Shown here in pieces: positions 1-9,271 of a DNA stretch of 64,000 nt. The stretch is from Candidatus Kapaibacterium sp. (GTDB lineage Bacteria; Bacteroidota; Ignavibacteria; Kapaibacteriales; UBA4661). A program made the translations under genes and the position numbers. Below the pieces are notes generated by a model. It searched no databases. It worked only from the letters and a program-made list of their open reading frames with translations, and was not told the origin of the DNA. Every line of letters begins with the position of its first letter. Position 1 is the stretch's first letter. Location: NCBI GenBank assembly GCA_036847245.1, contig DAIUAL010000001.1:4037-68036 (forward strand). Reading direction: 5' to 3'.

Positions 1-100
1 AAGAAGAGAAATATGTCATCACGAGAAATTTCCTCAAACTCCTTGCGGTAAATGCTATGTTGTAGTTTTGTGTTTGTATTGTTCATATCAGCGTCAAATT

Positions 101-1228
101 ATGATTTTCCCTGCATCAAGACGGAAGTTTCTCGTAGGTCGTACATCAAGGGTATTCTTGCTCTTTGTGGTTTGGATCTGTCTGCTCTGGAGTAGTGCAG
201 GAGTCCGGTGCGTAGCACAGACTTCACGATTGTCTGCCCATAGCATCTTAACCGTAACAGTCGGGACGCTTATCTCACATACTCTGGCAGAGGAACAATT
301 GTGGACACTCATACCAATTCAACAGAGCCGTGGGGGAAATAGTGGAGTACAGGGCATACCAATGTCATCTTATCTTTTGGCAATCTGTGGCACAGAGTAT
401 TGTGGTGATTCGTTAGTGGTGTATGTATGGCAACGTGGTCGCGAGGAGTCACCGGAGCGAGGGCTGTACCGCTGTGTAGCGCAGTTGGCACTATCGTACA
501 ATGAGTATTATCCGCCTAAACAACAAAGTGCCCTGATTCGTCATGACAGCTTGATAATTAGTTCGGAATTATCCGAACGTGCTACGCGCATTACGCTCAT
601 GTATCGATGGGATACAACGCAGACCTATTGGCGAATTATGGGCTATACGGTAGTCGATTCATCAGAAATTCTCCTTACCCAAGCGCGTGCAGAGATTGCA
701 CAAGGTCGTTTCGGATCGGCAGTGACGACATATCAGAAAATCATGTATCCGGAGTCATATTATGATGTGCAAGACGAGGCAATCAAGATGATTCAATCTG
801 CTGCAGAATATGCACGCAGTGCCGCTCGGCGCAAGGATATGCAAACGGCGTATGCCATCTTGGATACGGTCTTTGCTACGCCCGATGGCGAGTATTTTTT
901 GAATTATTCAACACTCGATGAATTACTTCAAGATTTCTCTATGCTTGATGAGCCGACGATCAATTTCAATGGTTTTCGGGATATTGTCGCGGACTATGCA
1001 CTGTATGCTCTGCGATGCCAGCACTATGACCGCAGCATCGAACTTGCCTCGTATCTCCTCACACTCGATGCCACATATGCTCCGGCGCGACTATGGCTTG
1101 CCGATGCACAATTTGGTGCAGGTGAAAAAGCAATCGCACGGCGTGAATATAAACGCTATCACGATATGATGACGAGTGCAGGCAAGCAAAAAGATATTCC
1201 CAAGCGCGTGGTAGAGCGAGTAAGATAG
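101..1228 (+). CDS. hypothetical secreted protein (alpha-helical/TPR-like), signal peptide
   Basis: Reading frame is open to window position 2 and the ORF-track start at 68 is TTG. The first ATG, at 101, gives a signal-peptide-like N-terminus (RKFLVGRTSRVFLLFVVWICLLWSSAGVRCVAQ). No catalytic motif recognised. TAG stop at 1226-1228. Confidence 0.4.
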   Translation: MIFPASRRKFLVGRTSRVFLLFVVWICLLWSSAGVRCVAQTSRLSAHSILTVTVGTLISHTLAEEQLWTLIPIQQSRGGNSGVQGIPMSSYLLAICGTEYCGDSLVVYVWQRGREESPERGLYRCVAQLALSYNEYYPPKQQSALIRHDSLIISSELSERATRITLMYRWDTTQTYWRIMGYTVVDSSEILLTQARAEIAQGRFGSAVTTYQKIMYPESYYDVQDEAIKMIQSAAEYARSAARRKDMQTAYAILDTVFATPDGEYFLNYSTLDELLQDFSMLDEPTINFNGFRDIVADYALYALRCQHYDRSIELASYLLTLDATYAPARLWLADAQFGAGEKAIARREYKRYHDMMTSAGKQKDIPKRVVERVR

Positions 1229-1583
1229 TGCTTTATCTTCACTGATGACCCTCAGCGTATTACGTAGACAAGGGTCGCTTCATCTTAACGTGAATACCAC
1301 GAATGGATACGCATGATGTTGGAGTATCATGGCGAGAAGAATGTATTCTCATGGTAATGTGCAGGATTGCGAACGATGTAGAGGCTGATGTCACAATATG
1401 CCTCTGCGTTGCGAATGCGAAGATCATGAATCCGCTCTTGTCAGTCGAAGTCAAAACCCAACCGATGAGTATGGCGAGAAACAGCGGATTTGTAGGAACA
1501 AACGATGGTAGAAATCAAATGAGATTTCGGTGAAATTCGGGATAAAAATTCATGACGATTTTCCGTTGGTTGGTGTTGTTGAA

Positions 1584-1629
1584 GAGACGTTGCACTCATG
1601 CTGAGAGCAGTCGAAGCGTGCAACGTCTC
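1584..1629. other. 12-bp perfect inverted repeat (gagacgttgcac / gtgcaacgtctc) with a 22-nt loop, in the convergent intergenic region
   Basis: Read directly. Arms at 1584..1595 and 1618..1629. Lies between the stop of the plus gene (1228) and the stop of the minus FtsW-family gene (1693). No flanking T-tract, so not a canonical intrinsic terminator. Confidence 0.5.
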
Positions 1630-1692
1630 TACGTCATGGGCATTGGTATCATATAGATTTTGGGGTATGATGATGATGAACCTGCCCTATCT

Positions 1693-2922
1693 CTACGGCT
1701 CAACAATTCCTTCGCGCTCAAAGGTGGTTTTGTCGCGGGGATACACGCCGGCTTGTGCTGACACATTGAGCAGAATACCCAATGCTGATGCCGTAAAGAG
1801 AATAGCTGTTCCGCCATAGCTGATAAAAGGCAGTGGCAAGCCCGTGGTAGGGAGCAAACCTGTATTGATGCCCATATGCAAAAAGGCATACAAACCAATG
1901 ATAATCGTTACTCCTGCGGCAAGATAGCGACCAAAATCATCGGGTGCGCGTCGTGCGGTAACAAAGCCACGCCAAATAATCATCATAAAGGCAAGGATAA
2001 TCAAGCCCGCACCGACAAAGCCATATTCCTCACCGATAATTGAGAAAATAAAATCACCATACGACTCCGGTAAAAACCAATTACGCTGAATGCTATTGCC
2101 CGGACCAACCCCAAATAATCCACCATTGGCAAAGGCGAGAATACCTTGGTGGAGTTGATAATTGGCTTCGCTGATCGATGTTGCGCCATCGGTTGATTGT
2201 GCTACCCCAAGGAATTGATCTTTGAATGCCAAGAGTCGTTTCATACGATACGGTGCAGAAATAGCATATGCCGCACCGGCGACTATGCCCAACGGAATGA
2301 CGACAGCAATATGGCGGAATTTGACATTCCCTAAAATCAACACAAACGAGGCAATAGTAAAAATAACTGCGGCAGTCGAAAAGTTAGGTTGCAGAGCAAT
2401 CAAACCGCATACCATGCAAATCCATAGGAAAATAGGTGCAAAACCCGTTTTGAAGTCGTGTAGATAATCTTTCTTGAGTGCGAGGAGCGTTGCGATGTGA
2501 AAAATAAGTGCGTACTTGGCAAGCTCGGACGGCTGAAAGTTGAGAATGCCGATATTTACCCAGCGTGTCGCCCCTTTAATGCGCGTACCGGCGATGAAGA
2601 CAAAGACCAAAAAACCGATGGCGATCAGCAAAATATATTTCGAGAATTTTTGAACGATATGATAATCAAGTCGCGCAAAAAAAATAATCAGGATAATGCT
2701 CGCAATGACGCGAATACCATGATTCCAAAAGAGTTTTTCGCTCGAACCAAACTTGACACTGGCAAAGTATGCACTTGCCGAATAGACAAAGGCAACACTA
2801 AACAGCATTAAGCCGATTGCCGGAAGCAGGAGCCACCAATCAACATGGGCATTGCTTTTTTTGAAAACAATGCTCAGTCGAGCCGCAACGAAATCACGTA
2901 GAGTCGTGAGTAAATGTTTCAT
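1693..2922 (-). CDS. FtsW/RodA/SpoVE-family peptidoglycan glycosyltransferase (SEDS protein)
   Basis: Multi-TM protein with SEDS-family hallmarks (…NFQPSELAKYALIF…, …LPESYGDFIFSIIGEEYGFVGAG…, …PFISYGGTAIL…). Start placed at ATG 2922 (MKHLLTTLRDF…). The long-ORF start at 2952 lies inside a tandem repeat. Confidence 0.8.
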   Translation of the reverse strand: MKHLLTTLRDFVAARLSIVFKKSNAHVDWWLLLPAIGLMLFSVAFVYSASAYFASVKFGSSEKLFWNHGIRVIASIILIIFFARLDYHIVQKFSKYILLIAIGFLVFVFIAGTRIKGATRWVNIGILNFQPSELAKYALIFHIATLLALKKDYLHDFKTGFAPIFLWICMVCGLIALQPNFSTAAVIFTIASFVLILGNVKFRHIAVVIPLGIVAGAAYAISAPYRMKRLLAFKDQFLGVAQSTDGATSISEANYQLHQGILAFANGGLFGVGPGNSIQRNWFLPESYGDFIFSIIGEEYGFVGAGLIILAFMMIIWRGFVTARRAPDDFGRYLAAGVTIIIGLYAFLHMGINTGLLPTTGLPLPFISYGGTAILFTASALGILLNVSAQAGVYPRDKTTFEREGIVEP

Positions 2923-2928
2923 AGGGGT

Positions 2929-2992
2929 AAATGCAATCAAGACGAAATGCAATCAAGACGAAATGCAATCAAGACGAAATGCGATCAAGAGG
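2929..2992. repeat. 4 x 16-bp tandem direct repeat (aaatgcaatcaagacg x3 + aaatgcgatcaagagg) immediately 5' of the FtsW-family gene
   Basis: Read directly. Three perfect copies and one degenerate copy at 2929..2992. Lies 7 nt upstream of the proposed minus-strand start codon. Confidence 0.9.
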
Positions 2993-3030
2993 AAATATCA
3001 GCAAAAGCAAAAGGCAGTCTGTGATTTTTG

Positions 3031-3690
3031 TCAGATCATGCTCTTCATCTCGAAGTAGTCGCGAACGGCATCTTCAAAAACACTTTGACGATGGGCAGGG
3101 TTGATAAAATCACCGGCAACTGGTGTCGAAGGGGAAAAAAGAATCATCGCATTCGAGGCACCACGTTCCGCATCGGTGGTAATGAGGTATTCAGCTGCTG
3201 TACTGACGGCTTGTTCTAATGTTTCCACGCATAGGCATCGTACCATAGTGCTAAAATGCTGAAAATAGCGTTCGGCAACTTTGCCATATGCTATGATGCA
3301 CTCTACTGATGTACGAACATGTTCATGGAGAATCGGAAAATCAACCTGACTGTCCGTACGAAACTCCTCGCCACCGACAAGAAGAATCGTGGGGCTTGTT
3401 GCATATTCTGCTAATGCAAACCATGTTGCATTGATGCTTGAACTTTTGGCATCATTCACAATATGAAGCGTACCGCATAAAGGGTGGGCAAGAGAAGAGA
3501 AAATAAATCGTTCCGCCAACGAACCCGTAAAGCAATCGCGGAGATTCTCATCGCGGAGTTGCCATACTTTTTCGGATAAACGAGATGATAAAGAGTGTGA
3601 TACATTGTGGGCACAATGTTCAGGTGTGTCGGAAGCAAGAATAGAGCTATGCTCTGCCTGCTCCGATGAATCGGATAGGAAAAGGGACAT
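3031..3690 (-). pseudogene. murD: C-terminal fragment of UDP-N-acetylmuramoylalanine--D-glutamate ligase (MurD). N-terminal and central domains absent.
   Basis: C-terminal ~160 aa align with the MurD C-domain (…LHIVNDAKSSSINAT…ILLVGG…ILFSPSTPVAGDFINPAHRQSVFEDAV, cf. E. coli WINDSKATN…LLLGG…[23 protein letters not shown]). The first ~55 aa show no MurD similarity. No upstream ORF supplies the missing ~250 aa. A 478-bp noncoding stretch follows. Confidence 0.5.
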
Positions 3691-4168
3691 ACAACCTCTT
3701 TATAAAAAAACTGCATGATGTTTTTGCATAAACCCGAACTGCCTTCGGGTTGAGTTGTGGAACTGCCAAGACACAATACTCAGAGCAAAAATGAAATCTC
3801 TCGAAAATACTATCAGCAAAAAGCATTATCAAGAAATAGTTTTCAACATCTTGAAAAATAAGATGTTATCTCATGTGTTTGAAAGTAAAAAAATGGTCAA
3901 AATGGTAGGGAGATAGTGAGTGAAAAGTTTAAGAAAAGAGAAAACCGATAATCAGTCACTGTGCGTATGGGGCGAAGTAATCCCACATGGTGGTGAGAGA
4001 GTACCTTGATCTGTTGTGTGGCGTTCCTAGTGACGATAGCACAATAGACGCAATATACAGGGGCGAACTCATGTGTTGATGCAATGTTTTATCGCTTTCT
4101 GTGAAGAGTAGAAACAAGTACAACTGTCAATCTGTTAACGAAAAAATCTTTGTATTGTCAATTAACTG

Positions 4169-4777
4169 TCATGTAACGATGGTACGAAAGGTCAAATTGA
4201 CACGAGGTTGTGTTATGGTTGTTGTCGGTGGTAATCGATGAAGCCAGTGAGTTTGTGTTGTTCCTGCCATGAGTAGAATGCTCCCATGCTCAAGAATGAG
4301 TGATACACGTTCGCCGGAAATTTTATGTTTGAAAAAAAACTTACGCTCTGCACCAAAACTTACCGAGCCGATAGCACCATCTTTTTGCAGGTCTTTTTCG
4401 TTATCGCTGTGCCAGCCCATACCCTCCGCGCCATTATGATACAAATTCAGTAAACAAGAATTGTATGTAGCATTGGTCGTGCGTTCGACAATGTGTTTGA
4501 GTGTGAGTAATTCCTTTGTCCACGTGAGAGCGTATTTGTTGATATTGGAGTAGGTATATTCAAAGGGTTGATCGCCATACCATGCAACTTTACGTTTGGT
4601 GGTCAGCACTTTACCAAAAATGCGTGCCTGATCATTCTGCCATGCAATATTCTGAAGTAATGACCGTAGAAAAGTATTCGATTCTTCTTCCGAAAAAACT
4701 TTTCCAAAATAAAGTACGGTCCCATCGTAGGGCAGGATATTATGCGGATTGGCAATGTCAGCCGGAAAGAGCATCAT
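4169..4777 (-). CDS. AlkB-family Fe(II)/2-oxoglutarate-dependent dioxygenase (alkylated-DNA repair type)
   Basis: Motifs WHSDNE (HxD), THWLHRLPP (His) and RVNLTFR (RxNxTxR). Start chosen at ATG 4777, 4 nt after the kdsB stop. The longer 4900 start would overlap kdsB. Confidence 0.65.
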   Translation of the reverse strand: MMLFPADIANPHNILPYDGTVLYFGKVFSEEESNTFLRSLLQNIAWQNDQARIFGKVLTTKRKVAWYGDQPFEYTYSNINKYALTWTKELLTLKHIVERTTNATYNSCLLNLYHNGAEGMGWHSDNEKDLQKDGAIGSVSFGAERKFFFKHKISGERVSLILEHGSILLMAGTTQTHWLHRLPPTTTITQPRVNLTFRTIVT

Positions 4778-4781
4778 ATAA

Positions 4782-5594
4782 TCATACAACTGTCGAGCGT
4801 GAACGCAATGCCGATTCGACTTGTGCAACATCATCGGGTGTATCGATAGCATATAACACACTGTCGGTAGGTACGCAATGGTAATATGCACCGGCTTCAA
4901 GCAGTCGGAGTTGCTCTAATTGCTCTGTTTGTTCCAACACGGAGGGAGCAAGTCGAACAAACTGCTCCAAGGCAGAGCGGCGATATGCATAGATACCGAT
5001 ATGTTTCATGTAGGGATAGTGCGCCAGCATGTCCGCAGTTGTCAAACCTGTCGAAGTCATAGCACCTCGAACATAAGGAATCGGCGAACGAGAAAAATAT
5101 AATGCGCGCCTTGTTTGTGTCATTGCGACGGTAACGACAGCAGGATTGGTTAAATCATTGGCATTGATAATTCGTGTAATCGGTGTTGCGACATCGGCTT
5201 GAGGAGTACTTTGTAATGCTTCTACCAAGGGGTCGAGAACATCGGCTGATATGAGCGGTTCGTCACCTTGAATATTCACAATAGTTGAAAAGTGTGTTGC
5301 TGAGTCGGCTTCGTATTGTGTAAGTGCGGCTACAATGCGGTCGGTGCCCGAAGGAAGATCGGAATGTGTCATGACCACCGGAATGCCATGATGGCGACAC
5401 TCCTCGGCAATGGCAGAATGATCGGTTGCGACAACAACAACATCAATGAGTTTCGATGTAATTGCTCCTTCATACACATGGCGAATCATACTTTTGCCGA
5501 GCAAATTCACTAAAGGTTTTGCAGGAAAACGAGTAGAAGCGTACCGAGCAGGAATAATACCTATCGTAGATTGCGTCATGATAGACTTAGTCAA
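4782..5594 (-). CDS. kdsB: 3-deoxy-manno-octulosonate cytidylyltransferase (CMP-KDO synthetase)
   Basis: IGIIPARYASTRFPAKPL…GKSMIRHVYE…VVVATDH…GTDRIVAA…NIQGDEPLI: KdsB signature blocks. Confidence 0.85.
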   Translation of the reverse strand: MTKSIMTQSTIGIIPARYASTRFPAKPLVNLLGKSMIRHVYEGAITSKLIDVVVVATDHSAIAEECRHHGIPVVMTHSDLPSGTDRIVAALTQYEADSATHFSTIVNIQGDEPLISADVLDPLVEALQSTPQADVATPITRIINANDLTNPAVVTVAMTQTRRALYFSRSPIPYVRGAMTSTGLTTADMLAHYPYMKHIGIYAYRRSALEQFVRLAPSVLEQTEQLEQLRLLEAGAYYHCVPTDSVLYAIDTPDDVAQVESALRSRSTVV

Positions 5595-5623
5595 GAAGCG
5601 ATGAGCAAGAATGAAGAGAAAAA

Positions 5624-5908
5624 CTATTCGATAACTTTCGGCACTTTGAAAAACACTTCATTGTGTTTGGGGGCATTAGCGAGTGCTTCTTTTGTGGAGA
5701 GCGATGGCTCAACAACATCATCGCGGAAGACATTCCCATATTCCATAACGGTTTTTAGTGGTTCTACACCCTCGGTATCGACAGCAGCAAGAGCATCAAA
5801 ATACTCGACGATATTACCGAATGATGATGAAAAAGCGTTAAGCTCTTCTTCGGTGAATTTGAGGCGCGAAAGCACGGCAATGTTTTCGATTTCTTCTCGT
5901 GTAACCAT
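5624..5908 (-). CDS. gatC: Asp-tRNA(Asn)/Glu-tRNA(Gln) amidotransferase subunit C
   Basis: MVTREEIENIAVLSRLKFTEEELNAFSSSF…PLKTVMEYGNVFRDD is a typical GatC. Start trimmed to ATG 5908 (95 aa). Confidence 0.8.
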   Translation of the reverse strand: MVTREEIENIAVLSRLKFTEEELNAFSSSFGNIVEYFDALAAVDTEGVEPLKTVMEYGNVFRDDVVEPSLSTKEALANAPKHNEVFFKVPKVIE

Positions 5909-5972
5909 ACTGCGTTGTCTTAGAGAAATGAATGTAGAAATGTGAATAAGTGATTGCAATTTACAACTCATT

Positions 5973-6010
5973 ATCCATATTCATCGTCTCCATCCATATT
6001 CATCGTCTCC
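5973..6010. repeat. 19-bp tandem direct duplication (atccatattcatcgtctcc x2) in the intergenic region upstream of gatC
   Basis: Read directly. Copies at 5973..5991 and 5992..6010. Confidence 0.9.
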
Positions 6011-6030
6011 ATTCAGAGCATGGGTTTATG

Positions 6031-6594
6031 CTACACATTCAGCGGATCGGTAGGTGAAGCAGAATACGACGATGGGGCTGATGGTGAGGATTGTACAGAC
6101 GACGACACAGGGCTAGCGGCTGTGGTTGAATTTGTCTGCGGGGCATGTGTTTGTGGAGTCTGTGCTTGTACCGATGCTTTGTCAATAGACTGTCGTAAAT
6201 GCTTATCCTCGATTGATTGTTCTAAGTGCATTGTATAGCTGCGTAAATCTGCAAGATTTTGTCGTAGTTCACGAAGTTCTTCGATGACTTCGGGTGATGA
6301 TGAAGATCGTGTATTTTCTGTTGCCGCGATTTTCTTTGAAAGAAAAGCCGTTGCCACTGCCGCACCGGCAACAGCAAAAACAGGAAGCATAAGTGCTTTA
6401 GTGCCGCCCATTGCCACGAGTGGTATAGAAATACCTGCGATACCAACAACCATACCCCAAATTTCTTGAATTAATTTGAGTGTTGGGTTTTTACGACCTT
6501 GCTCTAACTCAATCGTTTTCTCAAGTAGTTTTAAATCTTTTTTACTGCGTACAAACTCTTGATTTTGCTTTATCATGTCATGCAATGTACTCAT
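6031..6594 (-). CDS. hypothetical small membrane protein (2 TM + C-terminal coiled coil + S/T/P-rich tail), paralog A
   Basis: Shares with the adjacent ORF the blocks IQEIWGMVVGIAGISIPLV / IKTIWGCVVGLAGISIPLI and LADLRSYTMHLEQSIEDKHLRQSIDKA / ISDLRGYVMHLEQSIDDKQLRLAIDKA. No known family recognised. Confidence 0.5.
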   Translation of the reverse strand: MSTLHDMIKQNQEFVRSKKDLKLLEKTIELEQGRKNPTLKLIQEIWGMVVGIAGISIPLVAMGGTKALMLPVFAVAGAAVATAFLSKKIAATENTRSSSSPEVIEELRELRQNLADLRSYTMHLEQSIEDKHLRQSIDKASVQAQTPQTHAPQTNSTTAASPVSSSVQSSPSAPSSYSASPTDPLNV

Positions 6595-6605
6595 GTGTAT
6601 CTCCT

Positions 6606-7031
6606 TTATTGAGCATCCTGCGGAGGCAGTTGCTGTTGTTGTTGGGCTTGTTTTTCGGCTTTATCAATCGCTAAGCGGAGTTGCTTGTCGTCGATGGATT
6701 GTTCCAAATGCATGACATAACCACGCAGATCGCTAATGCTTTGTTGTATTGCTTGGAGCTGTTGATACGACTGTGTATCGGGCATTGACGGCAGGGTCAT
6801 GGTTGGTGCACCACTATTACGTGTACGCCAAATAACAAGAGAAGAAATTGTTGCGCCTACAACCCCAATAATGGGGAGCATCACCATACCCGGTTCATTC
6901 GAAACACCAATGAGTGGTATGGATATACCGGCTAATCCGACAACACAACCCCAAATGGTTTTAATCAAACTGATCGGACTTTTGCTTCGTTCTTCGTGAA
7001 GACGTAAGTATTCCAAGACATTGTTATTCAT
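6606..7031 (-). CDS. hypothetical small membrane protein (2 TM + coiled coil), paralog B
   Basis: Paralogous to 6031..6594 (see there). Q-rich C-terminus. Confidence 0.5.
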   Translation of the reverse strand: MNNNVLEYLRLHEERSKSPISLIKTIWGCVVGLAGISIPLIGVSNEPGMVMLPIIGVVGATISSLVIWRTRNSGAPTMTLPSMPDTQSYQQLQAIQQSISDLRGYVMHLEQSIDDKQLRLAIDKAEKQAQQQQQLPPQDAQ

Positions 7032-7128
7032 GACGACAAGGGATCAAAAGAGTTAAGAAAATCATAACGCACATGCAGAAGCATACGAGCAATTGTTAAA
7101 AAGGTTGCTGTGAGTACTTACTGCACAT

Positions 7129-8175
7129 TCATTCTGCAGGCACTTCGCTTAGCGGTGTTGATGGATGTTCCTGCTCCGAGTCTGCTTGCTTTTTCCGTTT
7201 TTGTTCGATGATCTTGTCGCGTCGCTCATAAGCATCAATAATTTCTGCAACCAATTTATGGCGTACAACATCGGCTTTGCTGAAGCTCGCAAACGCGATG
7301 CCTTGGATATTCTGCAAGGTGTCGCGTGCATCAATCAAACCTGACCGTGTTTTTGTAGGAAGGTCAATTTGAGTAACATCACCGGTAACGATAGCTTTCG
7401 AGTTGCGTCCTAAACGTGTGAGAAACATTTTCATTTGTGTCGGAGTTGTGTTCTGTGCTTCGTCCAAAATGATGAAAGAATTATTCAAGGTTCTGCCACG
7501 CATATATGCAAGCGGAATGATCTCAACAACTTTTTTATCCATCATACTCTTGAGTTTTTCAGCACCTGCCATTTCCACCAAAGCATCTAGTAATGGACGT
7601 AAATACGGATCAACTTTTTCCATAAAATCCCCCGGCAAAAAACCAAGTGATTCCCCTGCTTCGACAACCGGTCGTGTAAGAACAATACGACTGACTGCTC
7701 GGCGTTTGAGCGCCGAAAGTGCTAAGGCAATTGCCATATAGGTTTTGCCTGTACCTGCCGGACCGATAGCAAAAACAATATCGTTCTTTTGCACTTTGTC
7801 GGCATATTCTTGTTGTGCTGTATTACGTGCTTTGATGGTTTCGTTAGTTGCGGGATAAATCACTGCAGGCATGGCACTGCCTTCTTTGGTTGATGTTGAT
7901 CGCTCGCCGATACCACCGCCTACCAGATCAATTACTGTCATAACATCATTAGTCGAAAGAGAATTCGTACGCCGAATAATGTACTGTAATTCGAGGAGGA
8001 TTTTTTCGATAGTGCGTACATCATTACTGTTGCCTCGTATAATCAAAGAGTCGCCCCGCAGTGCAAGCGTTGCATCAAAACGATTTTCGAGCAAAAGCAA
8101 ATTGCTGTCATTATATCCAAAGAGCGTGAGCGTATCAATGTTTTCAAGGCGTATTTTTTTTTCGACAAAGTCCAT
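7129..8175 (-). CDS. phoH: PhoH-family ATPase with N-terminal KH-like domain
   Basis: Walker A IGPAGTGKTYMAIALA. PhoH core …RPVVEAGESLGFLPGD…DPYLRPLLDAL…ILDEAQN…. Confidence 0.85.
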   Translation of the reverse strand: MDFVEKKIRLENIDTLTLFGYNDSNLLLLENRFDATLALRGDSLIIRGNSNDVRTIEKILLELQYIIRRTNSLSTNDVMTVIDLVGGGIGERSTSTKEGSAMPAVIYPATNETIKARNTAQQEYADKVQKNDIVFAIGPAGTGKTYMAIALALSALKRRAVSRIVLTRPVVEAGESLGFLPGDFMEKVDPYLRPLLDALVEMAGAEKLKSMMDKKVVEIIPLAYMRGRTLNNSFIILDEAQNTTPTQMKMFLTRLGRNSKAIVTGDVTQIDLPTKTRSGLIDARDTLQNIQGIAFASFSKADVVRHKLVAEIIDAYERRDKIIEQKRKKQADSEQEHPSTPLSEVPAE

Positions 8176-8329
8176 AAGCAGTGTTGCGAGAAATGGTGAA
8201 AAAGCCGAAGAATAAGAAGATAAGAGATTAGTATTGCAAAAGAATGAACGAAGATTCCGCTAAAAGCAAACGTCCTGCAACCAAAAAATAGCAGGACGTT
8301 TGCACAAAGTTTATGACGCAAAAAGAATG

Positions 8330-9241
8330 TTAGTTAGCACCGCTTTTTGCTTTGGAGTCAGAAGGTTTTGTGACTTCTTTTTTTGCATCGGGTGTTGTTG
8401 TACCTGCATTTGACTCTGCTTTTTCAGCAGCTATACGTTTGTTGCGGAAATAGCGACGTTCTGCTTTTTTCTCATCATCAGATTTGTCGGTTTTCTTGGG
8501 GATTTCCAATTTTTGACCGGGTTGAATGATGTCAGGATTGCGCACTAAGTCTTTGTTCGCAAGCCATACTTTCGTCCACATAAACGGATCATCATAGATG
8601 TCAGCTTTGCCTGCGATATTCCACAAACAGTCGCGGTCTTTTGCCCATGTACCAACTGTGTAGAATTTGGTTTTGGGTTCGCGGTACAAACCTTTGATGT
8701 CTTTGGCAACAGCGATAACACGATTGAAAAATTCAGGTAAGACCGCAATTTTTTCTCCGCGCAATTTTGTTACTTCCGCATCAAGTTCACGCACTTCTGC
8801 TTGACGCTCCAAGAGTTGGTCATCATTGAGTGCTTTTAACTCGCGGACGCGACCTTCGAGGCGACCAAGTCGCTCACGAAAACGATTGATATCATCTTTG
8901 CTTCCACCCACGAGAGCAAGTAAATCATCTTCGCATTTTTTTGCGGCAGCTTGCAAGGAGGCAAGTTGCTTTTCGTTGTCGGCAAGTTGCTGTTGGCGCT
9001 TTGCAAGAATGGCATCGAGCTGGCGCAATACTTCTTGAAATTCCGCGATAGCAATTTTGCCGTCTTCTTCAGTCATTTGTTTTTGCAATTCCTCAAAACT
9101 TCCCGATAAGATGATCGTGCGAGGATTTTTAGGGTCTTTGCTGGTGTATTGATACAGCGGGGGCAATTGTTGTGCAAGCAGGGTACTGCCGACAAAAGCG
9201 ATTGCACAGAGTGCTGTAAACCATGTTCGTAGATTTTTCAT
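8330..9241 (-). CDS. secreted coiled-coil protein with C-terminal LysM peptidoglycan-binding domain
   Basis: Signal peptide, then long coiled-coil/heptad region. LysM-like block WNIAGKADIYDDPFMWTKVWLANKDLVRNPDIIQPGQKLEIP. Confidence 0.7.
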   Translation of the reverse strand: MKNLRTWFTALCAIAFVGSTLLAQQLPPLYQYTSKDPKNPRTIILSGSFEELQKQMTEEDGKIAIAEFQEVLRQLDAILAKRQQQLADNEKQLASLQAAAKKCEDDLLALVGGSKDDINRFRERLGRLEGRVRELKALNDDQLLERQAEVRELDAEVTKLRGEKIAVLPEFFNRVIAVAKDIKGLYREPKTKFYTVGTWAKDRDCLWNIAGKADIYDDPFMWTKVWLANKDLVRNPDIIQPGQKLEIPKKTDKSDDEKKAERRYFRNKRIAAEKAESNAGTTTPDAKKEVTKPSDSKAKSGAN

Positions 9242-9271
9242 GTAAAAAGCTCCGATGAATAAGAGTTGCGA

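Noticed and set aside
1260-1623. Small ORFs (60-76 aa) in the convergent intergenic region 1229..1692
   Set aside because: Overlapping, low-complexity, no signal of conservation. Treated as noncoding spacer containing the 12-bp hairpin.
2929-2992. CRISPR array
   Set aside because: These are contiguous 16-bp direct repeats with no spacers. No other array-like periodicity was seen anywhere in the window.
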